A stretch of DNA of 64,000 bases from Sphyrna mokarran (Eukaryota), in contig JAGIQG010000002.1 of assembly GCA_024679065.1 (NCBI GenBank), forward strand, positions 57,412,001 through 57,476,000, read 5' to 3'. The notes below the pieces were generated by a model. The model did no database searches, had not been told where the DNA came from, and saw only the letters and a list, made by a program, of their open reading frames with translations. The position numbers and the translations under genes are program-made. Below are positions 1-12,688 of the stretch, piece by piece. The number at the start of each line of letters is the position of its first letter. Position 1 is the stretch's first letter.

Positions 1-7
1 CCAATTT

Positions 8-259
8 CTAGTTTCCATCATCCCATTTCTTTTCCCCCTCAGAAAAATGGGATATATGAAGGTTTCTAAACTGATTTCTGCCTCTAACCTCAAACTCTTT
101 TGTCAACTTTTCCATTTTATCTATATTTTCTGGTTTATTTAGTACAAAATATTCTATTTTACCAGTGTAATGGATTTTGGCCATTAAGGCAATGTCTTCA
201 GAGTTTTTTCCCCTCACTTCAACAAAAGAATCAGCGATATCTTGTCCAATCAATCCCAT
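8..259 (-). pseudogene. Possible degenerate L1-clade ORF1p fragment
   Basis: EFEVRGRNQFRNLHISHFSEGEKK weakly resembles the L1 ORF1p motif LExRxRRxNLRIxGLPEGxE. Confidence 0.25.
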
Positions 260-2144
260 TTCAGAGTCTATTTATTGTTCTTATTTAACTTTTTCAGGAA
301 ATGTGGTGTCTCTGAAAATCAGCACGTTGAAGTATATAATTTGCACATACTCTTGATGGATGAGAACGAATGTGCAGTTTGTGCACAGCTCAATACTTTG
401 AACTATCTGAAGTAAAATGACAAATTGTCTTTTTGCCTAGCTTCATTCTCTTGCCTTGCCTTCAATTTTGTGTGTTTTTGACTATGGATTGATAGTGTTG
501 CTTCATATTGACTGATTTTAACAATGAATTTTCTAAAAAAGCAGGCTTTTGTTTGCCCTCTTTAGCCCTGGAATTCAAGTTGTCCCTGCTACTCTCGATG
601 ACCTTGCCCTGCTGTTGGCTCAGGCTGCCTGGCTAAGGTTTGGCTTCAATCTCAGTTACCCAAACCTCCTCAACCCTTGGCTGGGGGTTAACTCATCTCT
701 GCTGTTGCCCTCCTCAGCTGTGCCAACCTTGGCTTGCCTCACTGCTGGCTCACTTGCCTGTCTGGCCATCTGGCTTTGCCTCATCCTTGGTTGCCCAGCC
801 CACCTCAGTCCCTAACGGGAGGGGGGGGGGGATGGTGTCATCAACTAGCCTTGAACAACGACCAGCGCCTCCTCAGCCCTCACCTTGCGCTCTATTGTGA
901 CACTTTCATAGTTGTGCAGACTCACTGACTGCTTGTCTGGTTATCTGGTCTTGATGTCTCGCCCTCTGCTTGTTGCTCAGCTCTTATCAGCCCTATTTGC
1001 CAGGTCAAATCAACCTGCTGCCCTGCTCCCCTCAATGACTGCCAGAACTCCTGGGCTCTCAAACCTCATTTTAAGCTCTGCTTGATGATGACCTTGGGAG
1101 TTGTACTAGCTCACTGGCTGCCTGCCTGCCTATCTGGCCTTCTCAGCCCCGGTCAGAACTTGCTGCTTTCTTCATATACTTCCAGCTTGCCTGCCCAACT
1201 TCCTCAGCCCTGGCCTGAGGATTGAGAGTCGTCCCTCTGCTCCCTTCAAGCATTGCCAGCCAATGCCTGCAGCCTTGCTTGGCCCTCGCAAACTCAGACC
1301 TCCATAGCAAGCTCAACAACCTCGCTATTGACCCAGGTTGCCTGTCTAGCTTTCCAGCCTCTTCAATCTCAGGTCAGAAACATGGCTGTTGCTTTCTTCA
1401 AAAACAAATTTTCAGAGATCCTCATTACTTCTCCCTCCCTCCAAGTCGCTATCACCTCTCAACGATCTTGGATAGTATTTTCCTACTGTAAGGGGACCTG
1501 ATCTACCAGAGCCTGATGTTGCTCTGCATTGCCTGCTGATAGACTCATTCTTGAACCCATCAGCAAATTCAGAGCTCTCAAGCTCTGGTGACTTTGAGGA
1601 ACTGTCAGGATCCTATGATTGGACACATCGCCATTTTACTCTGAGTCTGCTGGTTCAATATCCTCTAGGAAGAGGAATCTGTACCAACATTATTTTGCTA
1701 CTTCTCTGGAGCCTGACTTGCTTATCCCTCCGAAAGTGTTTCCCTTCCTCTCAGCTCGGGTGAAGGTTATTGACAAACCTTCTGGGCAAAAATAGAATTT
1801 TCACAACTGCTAGAAAGATTTTTGAAAGCCTACTAATGTGTCAACCTTTCTTTTAAATTAGAAGGCTGTTTTTAAAAAAAAAATCCTGAAACATTTACCT
1901 CAAAGCCTGCAGACATTAAAAAGTCTTCTGCGCCCACAGATGTGCCTGAGGCCTTCCTTCCACCTGTTGTTACTCTATGTGCTCGAAACTTGCTGTGTAT
2001 TGTGCTGCAGATTGGAAATTGGCCTTGACACCCTTTTTTTCTTTTAGAAAAGGTACAAGTAGCTTCTGATGTTTCTGTATTGAAGCTGCCTTCAGCCAAG
2101 CTAACTCTTTTTGCACAACCCTCCTCCTCCTCTTTCATAAGATC

Positions 2145-2325
2145 GGAAGACCATAAGACATAGGAGCAGAATTAGGTCACTCGGCCCATCAAATTTGCTC
2201 CCCTATTCAATCATGGCTAATATTTTTCTCATCCACATTCTCCTGCTTTTTCCCCATAACTCCTAATCCCCTTATTAATCAAGAACCTATTTATCTCTGT
2301 CTTAAAGACACTTAATGACCTGGTA
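2145..2325 (-). mobile_element. CR1/HER1-type LINE 3' end fragment
   Basis: Reverse complement of a typical shark CR1 3' UTR and tail (ccataagacataggagcagaattagg...cggcccatc). Confidence 0.7.
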
Positions 2326-2429
2326 CCTCAATGACCTCACCCCTCTCCTCCCCGACCTCCACCTCACACTTTGACCACCATCTTACCAAAATCTAAATGA
2401 TCATCATTACTGACAATAATTGTGGAACT

Positions 2430-3060
2430 CACAGAATTCTGCATGTATGCAGAAGGATGTCATTCAATCCATTGGGTCTGCATTGGCACTTCAGATGAGC
2501 ATTCCAACATGGTATCATTCTCCTATCTTTTGTCCTTGCCCTTGCACATTGATTCTATTCAAATAATAATTGATTTCCCTCCTGCATGCTTTGATTGAAC
2601 ATGCCTCTACTATACAGTGTATTCCAGACCTGAACCATTCACTGTGCAGAAAAGTTTTTTTGTTACAATCACATTTGCTGCATTTACAGATCATTCTAAG
2701 TCTGTATCCCGTCGTTCTTGATCCTATTATGAGCAGGAACAGTTTCTCCTCATCTACTCTGTCAAATTCCTTCATAATTTTGAGCACATCTATTACAACT
2801 CCTCTTCGTCATCTACTCTGCAAGGTGAACAGTACTAGCCTCTCCAATTAATCCTCATAACTGAAGTTTTGTATCCCTAGAACAGTTTTTGTAAACCCCT
2901 TCTGCACTCTCTCCAATTCCTACTGTGTGCTGCCCAGAGTTGTAAACAGTATTCCCACTTGAAGTATAAGTAGTGTCCTGTATAGATTTAGCAGAACTTC
3001 CTTGCTGTTGTACTCTATGCCCCTTCTTTAAATCAAGTTTTGGATGCTGTGTACTCTTCA
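2430..3060 (-). mobile_element. Old CR1 LINE 3' remnant
   Basis: Degenerate CR1 ORF2 C-terminus; the minus ORF reads DRVDEEKLF..GSRTTGYRL. Confidence 0.6.
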
Positions 3061-3064
3061 TCTT

Positions 3065-3440
3065 TTGTTAAAATTCATTTTACAGGAATTGGCTTTACTG
3101 ACCAGGCCAGCATTTATTGCCCATCTCTAATTGCCCTTAAGAAGGTAGTGGTGAGCTGCCTCCTTGAACCATTACAGCTCCTGTAGTGTTGTACACCCAC
3201 AATGGTGTGAGGGAGACAGTTCCAGGATTTTGTCTCAGCAACTGTGAAGGTACATTACTATATTTCCAAGTCATGATGATGAGTGACATGGAAGGGAACT
3301 TCAAAGTGGTGATGTTTCCATGCATCCTCTACTCTTGTCCTTTCTAGCTGATAGCAGCCATGGGTTTGGAAGGTGCTACCTAAAGGACCTGGGTGAGGTT
3401 CTGTAGTGTATTTTGCAGGTGGTACACACTGCTGTTATTG
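3065..3440 (-). mobile_element. Shark LINE 3' remnant (CR1/L2-like, second family)
   Basis: Motif ggccagcatttattgcccatc.ctaattgccctt recurs at about 30450 and in the SINE tail at about 22430. Confidence 0.55.
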
Positions 3441-5339
3441 TTTGTTAAAAACCTTGCTACCTTCAATGATCCATGCACATATGCACCCAGATCCTTCTGC
3501 TTCTACATCACTTTAAGAATTTTATTCCTTATTTGATATTGTCTGTTCATGTCCTTCTAACTAAAATGTATCACCTCACATTTCTCCACATTGAACTTCA
3601 TCTGCCATTTATCAGCCCCTTTCACCATTTTTTGGCTAGAATTGTACTACCCTGCCCGCCATGGGAATTGGAGCTGGTCATGGAAAGATCCGTTGACTTC
3701 GGGCAAGTTTTTACAGATGAATGAAGTTGTAAAGTCCTGCCCAAATTGTCCTTTTAAAGTTCTAACCACTGCCAAGTGATTCTTGAATTCACACTGGGTA
3801 ACAAAGAGACCAAACTTTTATCCAGTATTTTGCAAGGTTTTTTGCAGCCTGACTTCTAAAAAATAATAACATTTGGAGAATACATACTTAATCATATTAT
3901 CTAATTTTATACAGGTTATGGAATGGTTCCTAATTATTGTTATGATCCTGAGAGACCTTGCTTTCAAGATTTAATTGCTTTTCATGATCTTCCATCACAT
4001 GGAGGAATAATTATTCTGCAACAAAAGTTAAATCTTGCAAAGCTCCCTTCAACTGATCAGCCAGTAAACAAATTATTTATCAGATATGTTAGCTGTGTTA
4101 CTATGAATAGAAAATGTTCATAATGTGCTTTCAGAGTAGCAACAAGCATTGTGCACGTTTGGCAACAAAACTATCCTGTCCTTTGTGTTATCATTTTCTA
4201 AAATATAAATACCATGGATGGGATTTTCTGACTGCGCTCACCCTGAACATGGCCCTTTGCATGGTCTGGCCGTCATCCGCGACGATTCCCGTGACCGAAG
4301 AATGGGAAGAATGGGAAAATTGGTAACCTTCTAGTTCACATTGTTATTGTTCTTTGATTACGTCACATAGAGGCAATAAACTAAAAGTGGCAGATGGTTT
4401 GCTAATCAATGATCCATCTGTGTTTATGTGTATCTCAACAATAATTTACAATGATCTGAAATAAACTGAAAATTCACACTTATTGTGTGCAGCTTCGATA
4501 CTGTCAAGTAGCACGAGTGAACATGTGTATCACCCTGTGAAGAATTAAAGGTATCAGCAGGTACAGCAGCGTGTTTCCAGAAGCATGCACAGGTTGGGTA
4601 TTTTTACTCATGTGCTTTCCTGCCAGCACAAAGTACTGTTGCCATTATGTCTCACTTTGCGCTAATTACATCACTGCGAAGTCTGTTGAAATTATAGTGG
4701 GTTTCTGTTGATGAGGGAATGCCTAAGAATCATAAGCACATTAAAAATAACTCGATTGTATGGCTCCATTTATAGGTAACAGAATAATTGTCAGAAGTAA
4801 TCCAAATATCCAGGGAATTATTTTGCTAGCTCTTTAACCAAACGTTTTTAATTGATGATATTAATCAAGCATTAATTTAGAAATAGTTTTGATCTATTTA
4901 TGGCTACACTGGATCCTTGCAGATATACGACACATTGCAAATCATGTCATGTTGACCTGAAATGTTCTCTTTTTTTTACTTGGTTCACACCAAGAGACAT
5001 ATTCCGCACAAAGCTTTCTAATTTAGTTATGTAGTAAGATTGCCACCTGGCTGTGTTTCTCAAATTGAAAGTTGTGCCGTTTTAAGACTGTTACCTATTT
5101 AACCCAGAATAGATTTTGCAGTTAATTCACATTATAAGGTTGTTCTGAAGATAAATTCAGTTAACAAAGAGTAATTTCCCAGAAGCGTGCAAGTTATCCC
5201 AGCTGTCAATTAGGTTCATTACTAAATGTTGCAGCTAACTGAACTGTGCATTCAACAACAAGTTGCATTTATGAGACATCCTTAACAAAGAAAAACAATT
5301 CACGATGTTGGCTGAAAAAAGAATGCCAACAAAGTGGCC

Positions 5340-5930
5340 AAATGCTTGAACAAAGAGGTGGATATTAAGGAGAATCTTGAAGATGAGAGAGATGCAGAGA
5401 TGGCTGCAGTTAAGAAAGGAAATCCGGATCGTAATATTCATGGTTGAAAGCATATCTGCCAGTAGTGAGAAGCATGGGAGAGAGGAGAAAGAGATGTGGC
5501 AAGGGCTAGAATTAAAAAGGCTAGAATTAGAGGAATGTAAAACTGTCCAAAAATCAGAGAAGGTTACAGAGTTCAGGAGGAGAAGGCCATGGATAGAATA
5601 TGAGGGTTAGCATTTTGTAAAGGAGGCATTTGGAACCTTGGAGCCAATATAGGTCAGCAATAATAGAGAAGCAGCACTTTGTACGGATCTTATGTTGTCA
5701 ATAGACTTCTGGAGAGTTAAATCTGGAAGAGACAAGGTGTGGATGAGAGTTTCACTAGCTGATGGACTAAATTGAAGGCAGAAATGGGCTTCCTATTTTA
5801 CATAAGTGCAAGTAGAAGCCTTTGCAATGGAAAAGATTTGGGTCAGAAACTCAGCTCAGAATCAGATATGATACCAAGATTGTAAATTGCCTGGTTCAAA
5901 CTCAATCAGTCAGGGAGAATGTGGGAGCCA
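5340..5930 (-). mobile_element. Old L2-like LINE remnant
   Basis: Purine-rich degenerate sequence resembling the antisense of an L2 RT 3' region. Confidence 0.4.
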
Positions 5931-5949
5931 GGAGGAGTATAGGGTTATG

Positions 5950-6490
5950 AATGTACAAACATATGAAATAAGAGCTGAAGTAGACCATTCAGCCCCTTGA
6001 GCCTGCTTCAATATTAGATAAGACCATGGCTGTGTTACACGGAACCATCTATCCCCATAAACTCAATGAAGTCTAATAAGACTTCATTTACTTGGCCTTC
6101 AAAATATTCAACGATCCCACTTCCACTCCCTCCTGAGGCAGAGTGTTACGAAGTAGCGCAAAATTGTGAGGGGGAAAGAAATTTCCTCATCTCTGTCCTA
6201 TAAAGGTTATCTCTAATTTTAAAACAGAGCCCCTTGTTCAGTGTTTTCCACGAGAAGAAACATCCTTCCCACGTTCATCTGATCTTGATCGTTCAGGATC
6301 TTATACACTTCAGTCAGATCAACCCTCACTCTCCTAATCTCCAATGGAATGAAATCCAGTCTGCCCAACTTCATGAGACAGCCCGCAGATTCCAGCTATC
6401 AATCTAGTAAGCCTCAACTGAATTCTCTTCAATGCATTTACAACCTTCCTTAAATAAGGAGACCAAAACTACACACATTATTCGAGGTAT
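5950..6490 (-). mobile_element. Old CR1 LINE 3' remnant
   Basis: Antisense CR1 3' UTR followed by ...ttccttaaataaggagaccaaaact (antisense of the QFWSPYLRK coding motif). Confidence 0.6.
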
Positions 6491-6577
6491 TCTAAATTGT
6501 TTGGCATTTATATTCTGCTTTTTTATTTCTGCTGCCAAAGGGAACAACTTCACATTGTACAAGTTATCTTGTCAGTA

Positions 6578-6675
6578 ATAAAAACGGAAAATCCAGGAAA
6601 CGCAGAGCAGGTCTAGCAGCATCTGCGGAGAGAGGAACAGAGTTAACATTTCAGGTCTGTGACCTTTTATCAGCA
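6578..6675 (-). mobile_element. Penelope-like element terminus (family B) with degenerate hammerhead core
   Basis: Minus strand reads CTGATAA-AAGGTC-ACA-GACCT-GAAA-TGTTAAC, then ctctg...agatgctgctagacctgct. Confidence 0.55.
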
Positions 6676-7584
6676 TCTTCAGTGTTTTGCTTTTGTGCAA
6701 GTATCAACTATGTTTATGTAGCACTTGAAATGGGCAAAGTGGGGTGGGAATTTAACAAGGTAGTTGGGGGAGGTAGGTTTACTTTGAATCCAGAGTGAGT
6801 AGTGAGTGGCTTCCTCTAATTCTAGCCTTTTTTAATCTAGCCCAGATGGGAATAAAGCCCGTTTAGCGCTTGATGTTGACTAGTGAGATTTGGGGTGATA
6901 GCTAAATGAGTTGTGTGTCAGATCTGTACCAATTGGACTTAAGGGAATTTCAAAAGTATCATGGCAAATGGAGGGCCATAGCCTAGACAGTTGGGAGTTT
7001 GAAAGTGCAATTGCAAATAATTTTGTGGACAGTATTTTCGAAGGTGATGCAAAATAAAATGGAATTGAAAAAAGGTGGGTATCGATGGTGGAGTACAAGG
7101 AAGTGCTAGGAGACAGCCTTGTCCAATTCAAGACTGTGAATTTGACTCTTGGTGAGATGGTGACAATCAATTTGGGGAAGTGAGTTAATATGAAGGGAAC
7201 AGATCAGAAGTTAATACAATCAAAAAAATGAGAGCAAAGTGAATTTAGATAGAGATTGAAATCACTGAGGTTAAGGGAGGCAAAGGAGGGAGGTTTTCTT
7301 AAGGAGGGTCTTGAGACAGCTGAGGGAAGGTGCTAGTAAATGAGGACTTTCAGGAGAGACATTAGAGTGAAATTGATCTAGTTCTAACAAATTAGATTCA
7401 TCTGAAGCAAAACGCTTCAAGAAATCAAGAGATGTGGGAAACGGGCAGGAAAATAGAGTTGAACAGACTCAACACTCCTGTTCCTATTTCCTGTGTCTTT
7501 GAACATTGAAATAGTTTAATGTTGAAATGCATGTGGTGACATGAGTGGGTACAGACTTCGAATGATCTGTAAATGCATTCTACT

Positions 7585-7846
7585 TCATAGAATCCCTACA
7601 GTGCAGGTGGTGGTCATTTAGCCCATCGAGTCCACCACACTGGCCACAATCCCACTGAGGCCATATTCCCATAACTGCACATAATTACTTTGCTAATTGC
7701 CTGACACTAAAGATCAATTTAGCGTGGCCAATCAATCTAACCTGCACAACTTTGAATTGTGGGAAGAAACTAGAGCACCTGGAGAAACCCAAGCAGACAC
7801 GGGGAGAACATAAAAACTCCACATAGACAGTGACCCGAGGCTGGAA
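7585..7846 (-). mobile_element. HE1-type V-SINE (5' truncated)
   Basis: Antisense V-domain (cacggggagaac...aaactccac) and tail tagaatccctacagtgcag. Confidence 0.8.
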
Positions 7847-9305
7847 CAAACTCGACTTCAAACAAAGTGTAGCACAGGAATAGGCTCTTTGGCCTTCCAA
7901 GCCTGTGCTGAACATGATGCCCTAACTAAATTTGATTCAAGTGAGTTGCACAATGACCGAGTGATGGTTCCAGCAAGGGCAAAATTCAGGTGCAGTCCAC
8001 CAGTAATCTGATTATAAATTATATTGCAAGCAATAGGATTCATATACGACATATAAAATTTTATGGCAGCATATAACCCAATAACATTGATTAATGAATA
8101 GTATAAAATGTGGAATGAGACAGAAGAAATTCCTTCATCTCCTTAGTCTGTCAAATCTACACAGTTAGTCCTTTGATTTTACTCCATTTATTGACTGAAA
8201 ATGAAGTTTGTAATGCTGTACAGTTTATTGCTTTTATTTTGGAATCATTTGATTTTTTTTCTCAAAATTGCACATATTAGCTGGGATTTCCCTGGTAGGA
8301 AATGACACAGAAAGGTTTTTTTTTGCAGCTAATTCAGATGACGAGTATTTTCCATTTGCAACTGATATACTTGTGTCTTCATGCCTGTTGTGTACTGTTT
8401 CAATGCTAATTAACCCCTTGTCTTAAATACATTAAAACAGCCCACGTTAAAATTTGTGCTAATGTGTTTATCACAAATCCCACAGACAGAAGCTGCGACC
8501 TTTTAGTTTCCAAGGGCATGTTTTGCCAAGCTTCCCTTTCCTTCCCCCAAATTAGGCAAAAATCCAAAATATCTAATCCAACACAAATTCCCTGAATTGA
8601 GCATTTTTGAAACATTAGTCAATCTCTTATTGTAGGTTAAGTTTCATTATTTATCTTACCTGTCTGCCTTACCTCACTATTTCCCTCTTTCTCTTAACCT
8701 CCCTTTTTCGACACCTTGTTCACCCTTTTTGACATGACCCTAAACCCTATGTCTGAGACCTTAGCAATACCATTCTTGCTCCCAAACTCTTGCCCGCATC
8801 CCTTTCGTCTTCTGTGCTGAAAATTTTTGGTTGTTTCCTCCCTTTGCACTCTGGTGCTTTATATTTACTCTTGTGGTGCAACTTTTGTTGACAATTTCTT
8901 ATTTCTCCTCCCCATCACTGTTCCACATGTAGGAGAACTGTGGAGGACGCAGTCTAAAGGCACAATGCAGCAAGGAAGACATCACTTTACATCCACTTAT
9001 GATTGGCTACCAGTAGGTCTTTGGACAAAAAGGTTGATACTTAAAGTGCTCTTCTGTTGGCAGATGCTGTTTATTTATTGCTTTATTGCTTGGTTTTACA
9101 TTTTTGAATTCTGAGTTCCTGGGTTTTTGTGTTTTTATGGTTTTGTTATGCACTGCAGTTGGGTGAATTTAGGATGTTGTTGGACTTATTGGAGGGAGTT
9201 TCTGCCCAAGAAACATATTTGACTTTTTTGAGGAAATGACTAAACTTGAGGGAAATTTTACAGATTTGATACATATGCATCTTAGAAAGGCTTTTGACAT
9301 ATAGT

Positions 9306-9645
9306 GGCATGGTAGCACACAGTGGTTAGCACTGCTGCCACATGTGCCAGGGATCCAAGTTTGATTCCGGCCTTGGGCATGTGTCTGTATGAAGTTTGCA
9401 TATTGTCTCCATGTCTGTGTGGGTTTCCTCCGGTGCACTGGTTTCCTTCCGCAGTCTAAAGATGTGCAGGTTAGGTGGATTAAGCATGCTAAATTCTCTC
9501 TTAGTGTTCCAAGAAGTGTAGTTTAGTTGAATAAATATGTGGAATTACAGGGATAGGGCCTGGATAAGATGCTCTGCCCAAGAGTCGGTGCAGATGCAAT
9601 GGGCTGAATGGCCTCCTTCTGCACTGTAGGAATTCTATGTCTATG
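9306..9645 (+). mobile_element. HE1-type V-SINE, full length
   Basis: tRNA-like head ggtagcacacagtggttagcactgctgcc, V-domain tgggtttcctccgg, and CR1-like tail gcactgtaggaattctatg. Confidence 0.85.
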
Positions 9646-10015
9646 TGCTGCACAAACATTGAGCTCACAAAATAGGAAGGATGTTCCAAAGTATATTAAA
9701 ATTGGATAATATACTAAACCAGACCTAAGGCTGCTTGCGTTGACATGCCACTAAATGGTGCACATGGGATCATTGCTTGGGATTTGAAACTGGGGATTGA
9801 AACAATACTGGAATGCTTGAATTTGGCGGAAATATGCAAAAGCCAATAGAGGACGGGAAAAACAGCGTTGAAATTGCTGACAGCAGTGGTGACTTTTTCC
9901 ACCATATGAAAAAAACACCAAGGGGTGGACTCCTTGACCTCTGGCATGATCTTTGACTTGCCTGCCCCACCAGCAACTTAGTGTGGAATTTTATGATCCT
10001 GTTTTATGATCTTTT

Positions 10016-11274
10016 GGTTTTGTGAAGGGTAGGTCGTGCCTTACTAACCTCATTGAGTTTTTTGAAAAAGTGACTAAAGAGGTGGATGGGGGTAAGGCGG
10101 TTGATGTGGTATATATGGACTTTAGCAAGGCATTTGATAAGGTGGCCCATGGAAGACTTCTGCAGAAAATGCAGATGTATGGGATAGAGGGTGATTTAGC
10201 TAATTGGGTTAGGAATTGGCTAACAGATAGAAGACAGAGGGTGGTGGTTGATGGGAGATATTCATCGTGGAGTTCGGTGACAAGTGGTGTACCTCAGGGG
10301 TCTGTTTTGGGGCCCCTGCTGTTTGTAATTTTTATAAATGATCTGGATGAGGGTATTGAAGGATGGATTAGTAAATTTGCAGATGACACTAAAGTCGGTG
10401 GGGGGGTAGATAGTGAAGAGGGGTGTTATAGTTTGCAGAGGGACTTGGACAAGTTGCAGAGCTGGGCCGAGAGGTGGCAAATGGAGTTTAATGTGGAAAA
10501 GTGTGAGGTAATGCACTATGGCAGGAATAATAAATGTGTAGAGTATAGGGCTAATGGTAGGATTCTTAGTAGTCTTGATGAACAGAGGGATCTTGGTGTG
10601 TATGTGCATAGATCCCTGAAAGTAGGCAGTCAAGTCGAGAAGGTTGTTAAGAAGGCATATGGAGTCTTAGCTTTTATTGGTAGGGGGATTGAATTTCGGA
10701 GCCGCAACGTCATGTTGCAACTGTACAAAACTCTAGTGCGGCCGCACTTGGAGTATTGTGTGCAGTTCTGGTCCCCGCATTATAAGAAAGATGTGGAGGC
10801 ATTGGAGAGGGTACAGAGGAGGTTTACCAGGATGTTGCCTGGTATGGAGGGCAGGTCTTATGAAGAGAGGCTGAGGGATTTGAGGTTGTTTTCGTTAGAA
10901 AGGAGGCGGCTAAGAGGGGACCTAATCGAAATATATAAGATGATTAGAGGTTTAGATAGGGTGGACAGTGATAGCCTTTTTCCTAGGATGGAGAAAGCTA
11001 GCACGAGGGGACACAGCTTTAAATTAAGGGGTGATAGTTATAGGACGGATATCAGAGGTAGGTTCTTTACCCAAAGGGTGGTTCGGGAGTGGAATGCCCT
11101 GCCTGCAGCAGTTGTAGATGCGCCAAGTTTGGTGGCGTTTAAGAGGTTAGTTGATAAGTATATGGAAGAGAAGGGAATGGTTTAGTTTGGAGGGTCATTG
11201 CTTTTTATATTGGTCGGCGCAACATCGAAGGCCAAAGGGCCTGTTCTGTGCTGTAATGTTCTATGTTCTATGTT
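10016..11274 (+). mobile_element. Young HER1/CR1 LINE, 5' truncated
   Basis: Uninterrupted RT ORF followed by a 3' UTR ending (TGTTCTA)n. Confidence 0.95.
10022..11185 (+). CDS. CR1-clade ORF2 reverse transcriptase fragment (387 aa, lacks endonuclease and RT N-terminus)
   Basis: Motifs YMDFSKAFDKV, GVPQGSVLGP, FADD and LEYCVQFWSP; the start is a truncation point, not a true initiator. Confidence 0.85.
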   Translation: MKGRSCLTNLIEFFEKVTKEVDGGKAVDVVYMDFSKAFDKVAHGRLLQKMQMYGIEGDLANWVRNWLTDRRQRVVVDGRYSSWSSVTSGVPQGSVLGPLLFVIFINDLDEGIEGWISKFADDTKVGGGVDSEEGCYSLQRDLDKLQSWAERWQMEFNVEKCEVMHYGRNNKCVEYRANGRILSSLDEQRDLGVYVHRSLKVGSQVEKVVKKAYGVLAFIGRGIEFRSRNVMLQLYKTLVRPHLEYCVQFWSPHYKKDVEALERVQRRFTRMLPGMEGRSYEERLRDLRLFSLERRRLRGDLIEIYKMIRGLDRVDSDSLFPRMEKASTRGHSFKLRGDSYRTDIRGRFFTQRVVREWNALPAAVVDAPSLVAFKRLVDKYMEEKGMV

Positions 11275-11519
11275 GCAGTGAGCAGGGCTGGAAAATGCAA
11301 AATGCGGTGAGTAGTTCAAAAGTCTACTGAGTTTGATGGGACTAGAAGATGCCACCTTTGGGAGGCACTTCAAAATTCTGCTCTTAATCGCTCAAGGATT
11401 GTATTATCAAAGGCAGCTCCAGCACAAAGGAATTCACCCTGGAAACCCCCCACCCCACCCCTTCCCCCGCACTGCCCCATGGCACCGTCAGGGCAGTGTC
11501 TCCGATTAGGCTCTTATCC

Positions 11520-11938
11520 ATGATGTGGAGATGCCAGTGTTGAACTGAGGTAAGCATAGTAAGACGTCTCACAATACCAGGTTAAAGTCCAACAGGTTTA
11601 TTTGGTAGCACAAGCTTTCGGAGCACTGCCCCTTCATCAGGTGAGTGGTAGTTGTGTTCACAAACAGAGTATATATAGACACAAACTCAATTTATAAGAT
11701 AATGGTTGAAATGTGAGTCTTTACAGGTAATCAAGTCTTAAAGGTTCAGACAATGTGAGTGGAGAGAGAGCCAAGCACAGATCAAGAAGGTGTGTATTGT
11801 CTGCAACCAGGATAGTTAATGAGATTTTGCAAGTCCAGGCAAGTCACAGACGTTACAGATAGTGTGACATGAATCCAAGATCCCGATTAAGGCCTTTCTC
11901 ATGTGTGCAGAACTTGCTATCAGTTTCTGCTCAGCAAT
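11520..11938 (-). mobile_element. Penelope-like element 3' fragment (end of GIY-YIG ORF plus terminal repeat, family A)
   Basis: Minus strand 11938-11855 translates, with one frameshift, to IAEQKLIAKFCTHEKGLNRDLGFMSHYL*; downstream lie the hammerhead and ataaacctgttggactttaacctgg. Confidence 0.8.
11609..11643 (-). ncRNA. Minimal type I hammerhead ribozyme motif in PLE terminus (core intact)
   Basis: CAC-CUGAUGA-A-GGGGC-AGU-GCUCC-GAAA-G-CUU-GUG: both core boxes, helix II, palindromic AAGCUU, an NUH triplet and helix I CAC/GUG. Confidence 0.7.
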
Positions 11939-12218
11939 GTATCCTCCCTTTGGCCTCACAATCGGACATGAAAATCACCCCAGTCTAGAAGTAGTGAGAG
12001 TAATCAAAGTTAATCTAAAAGATAATGCAAAGTGGGAACTCCTTGATATTTAATCAGGGCAACATTGGTACAGGTATTTCAAATCCTGAAAAATATATTT
12101 TGGAGTTCGTTAATCATTTTCTTCATTTCCAAATGCCTTTATTTGCTCAATGGAAATAAACTCACTTTGAATGAGTTGGTTTTCATGCAAACTGCCAATG
12201 CCCAATTACAACAACAAA

Positions 12219-12688
12219 AACATAGAACATAGAACATTACAGCACAGAACAGGCCCTTCGGCCTTCGATGTTGCGCTGACCAATATAAAAAGCAATGACC
12301 CTCCAGACTAAACCATTCCCTTCTCTTCCATATACTTATCAACTAACCTCTTAAACGCCACCAAACTTGGCGCATCTACAACTGCTGCAGGCAGGGCATT
12401 CCACTCCCGAACCACCCTTTGGGTAAAGAACCTACCTCTGATATCCGTCCTATAACTATCACCCCTTAATTTAAAGCTGTGTCCCCTCGTGCTAGCTTTC
12501 TCCATCCTAGGAAAAAGGCTATCACTGTCCACCCTATCTAAACCTCTAATCATCTTATATATTTCGATAAGGTCCCCTCTTAGCCGCCTCCTTTCTAACG
12601 AAAACAACCTCAAATCCCTCAGCCTCTCTTCATAAGACCTGCCCTCCATACCAGGCAACATCCTGGTAAACCTCCTCTGTACCCTCTC
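12219..12688 (-). mobile_element. Young HER1/CR1 LINE 3' fragment
   Basis: Translation matches the C-terminus of the 10022 ORF; (TAGAACA)n tail on the + strand. Confidence 0.95.

Noticed and set aside
3915-4123. Possible + strand exon (acceptor ttttatacag, YGMVPNYCYDPERPCFQDL)
   Set aside because: No recognisable protein, no convincing donor and no partner exons.
9306-9380. tRNA gene
   Set aside because: This is the tRNA-derived head of an HE1 SINE, with no full cloverleaf.
10262-10633. 123-aa minus ORF repeated at 56331-56702
   Set aside because: Antisense shadow of the CR1 RT frame.
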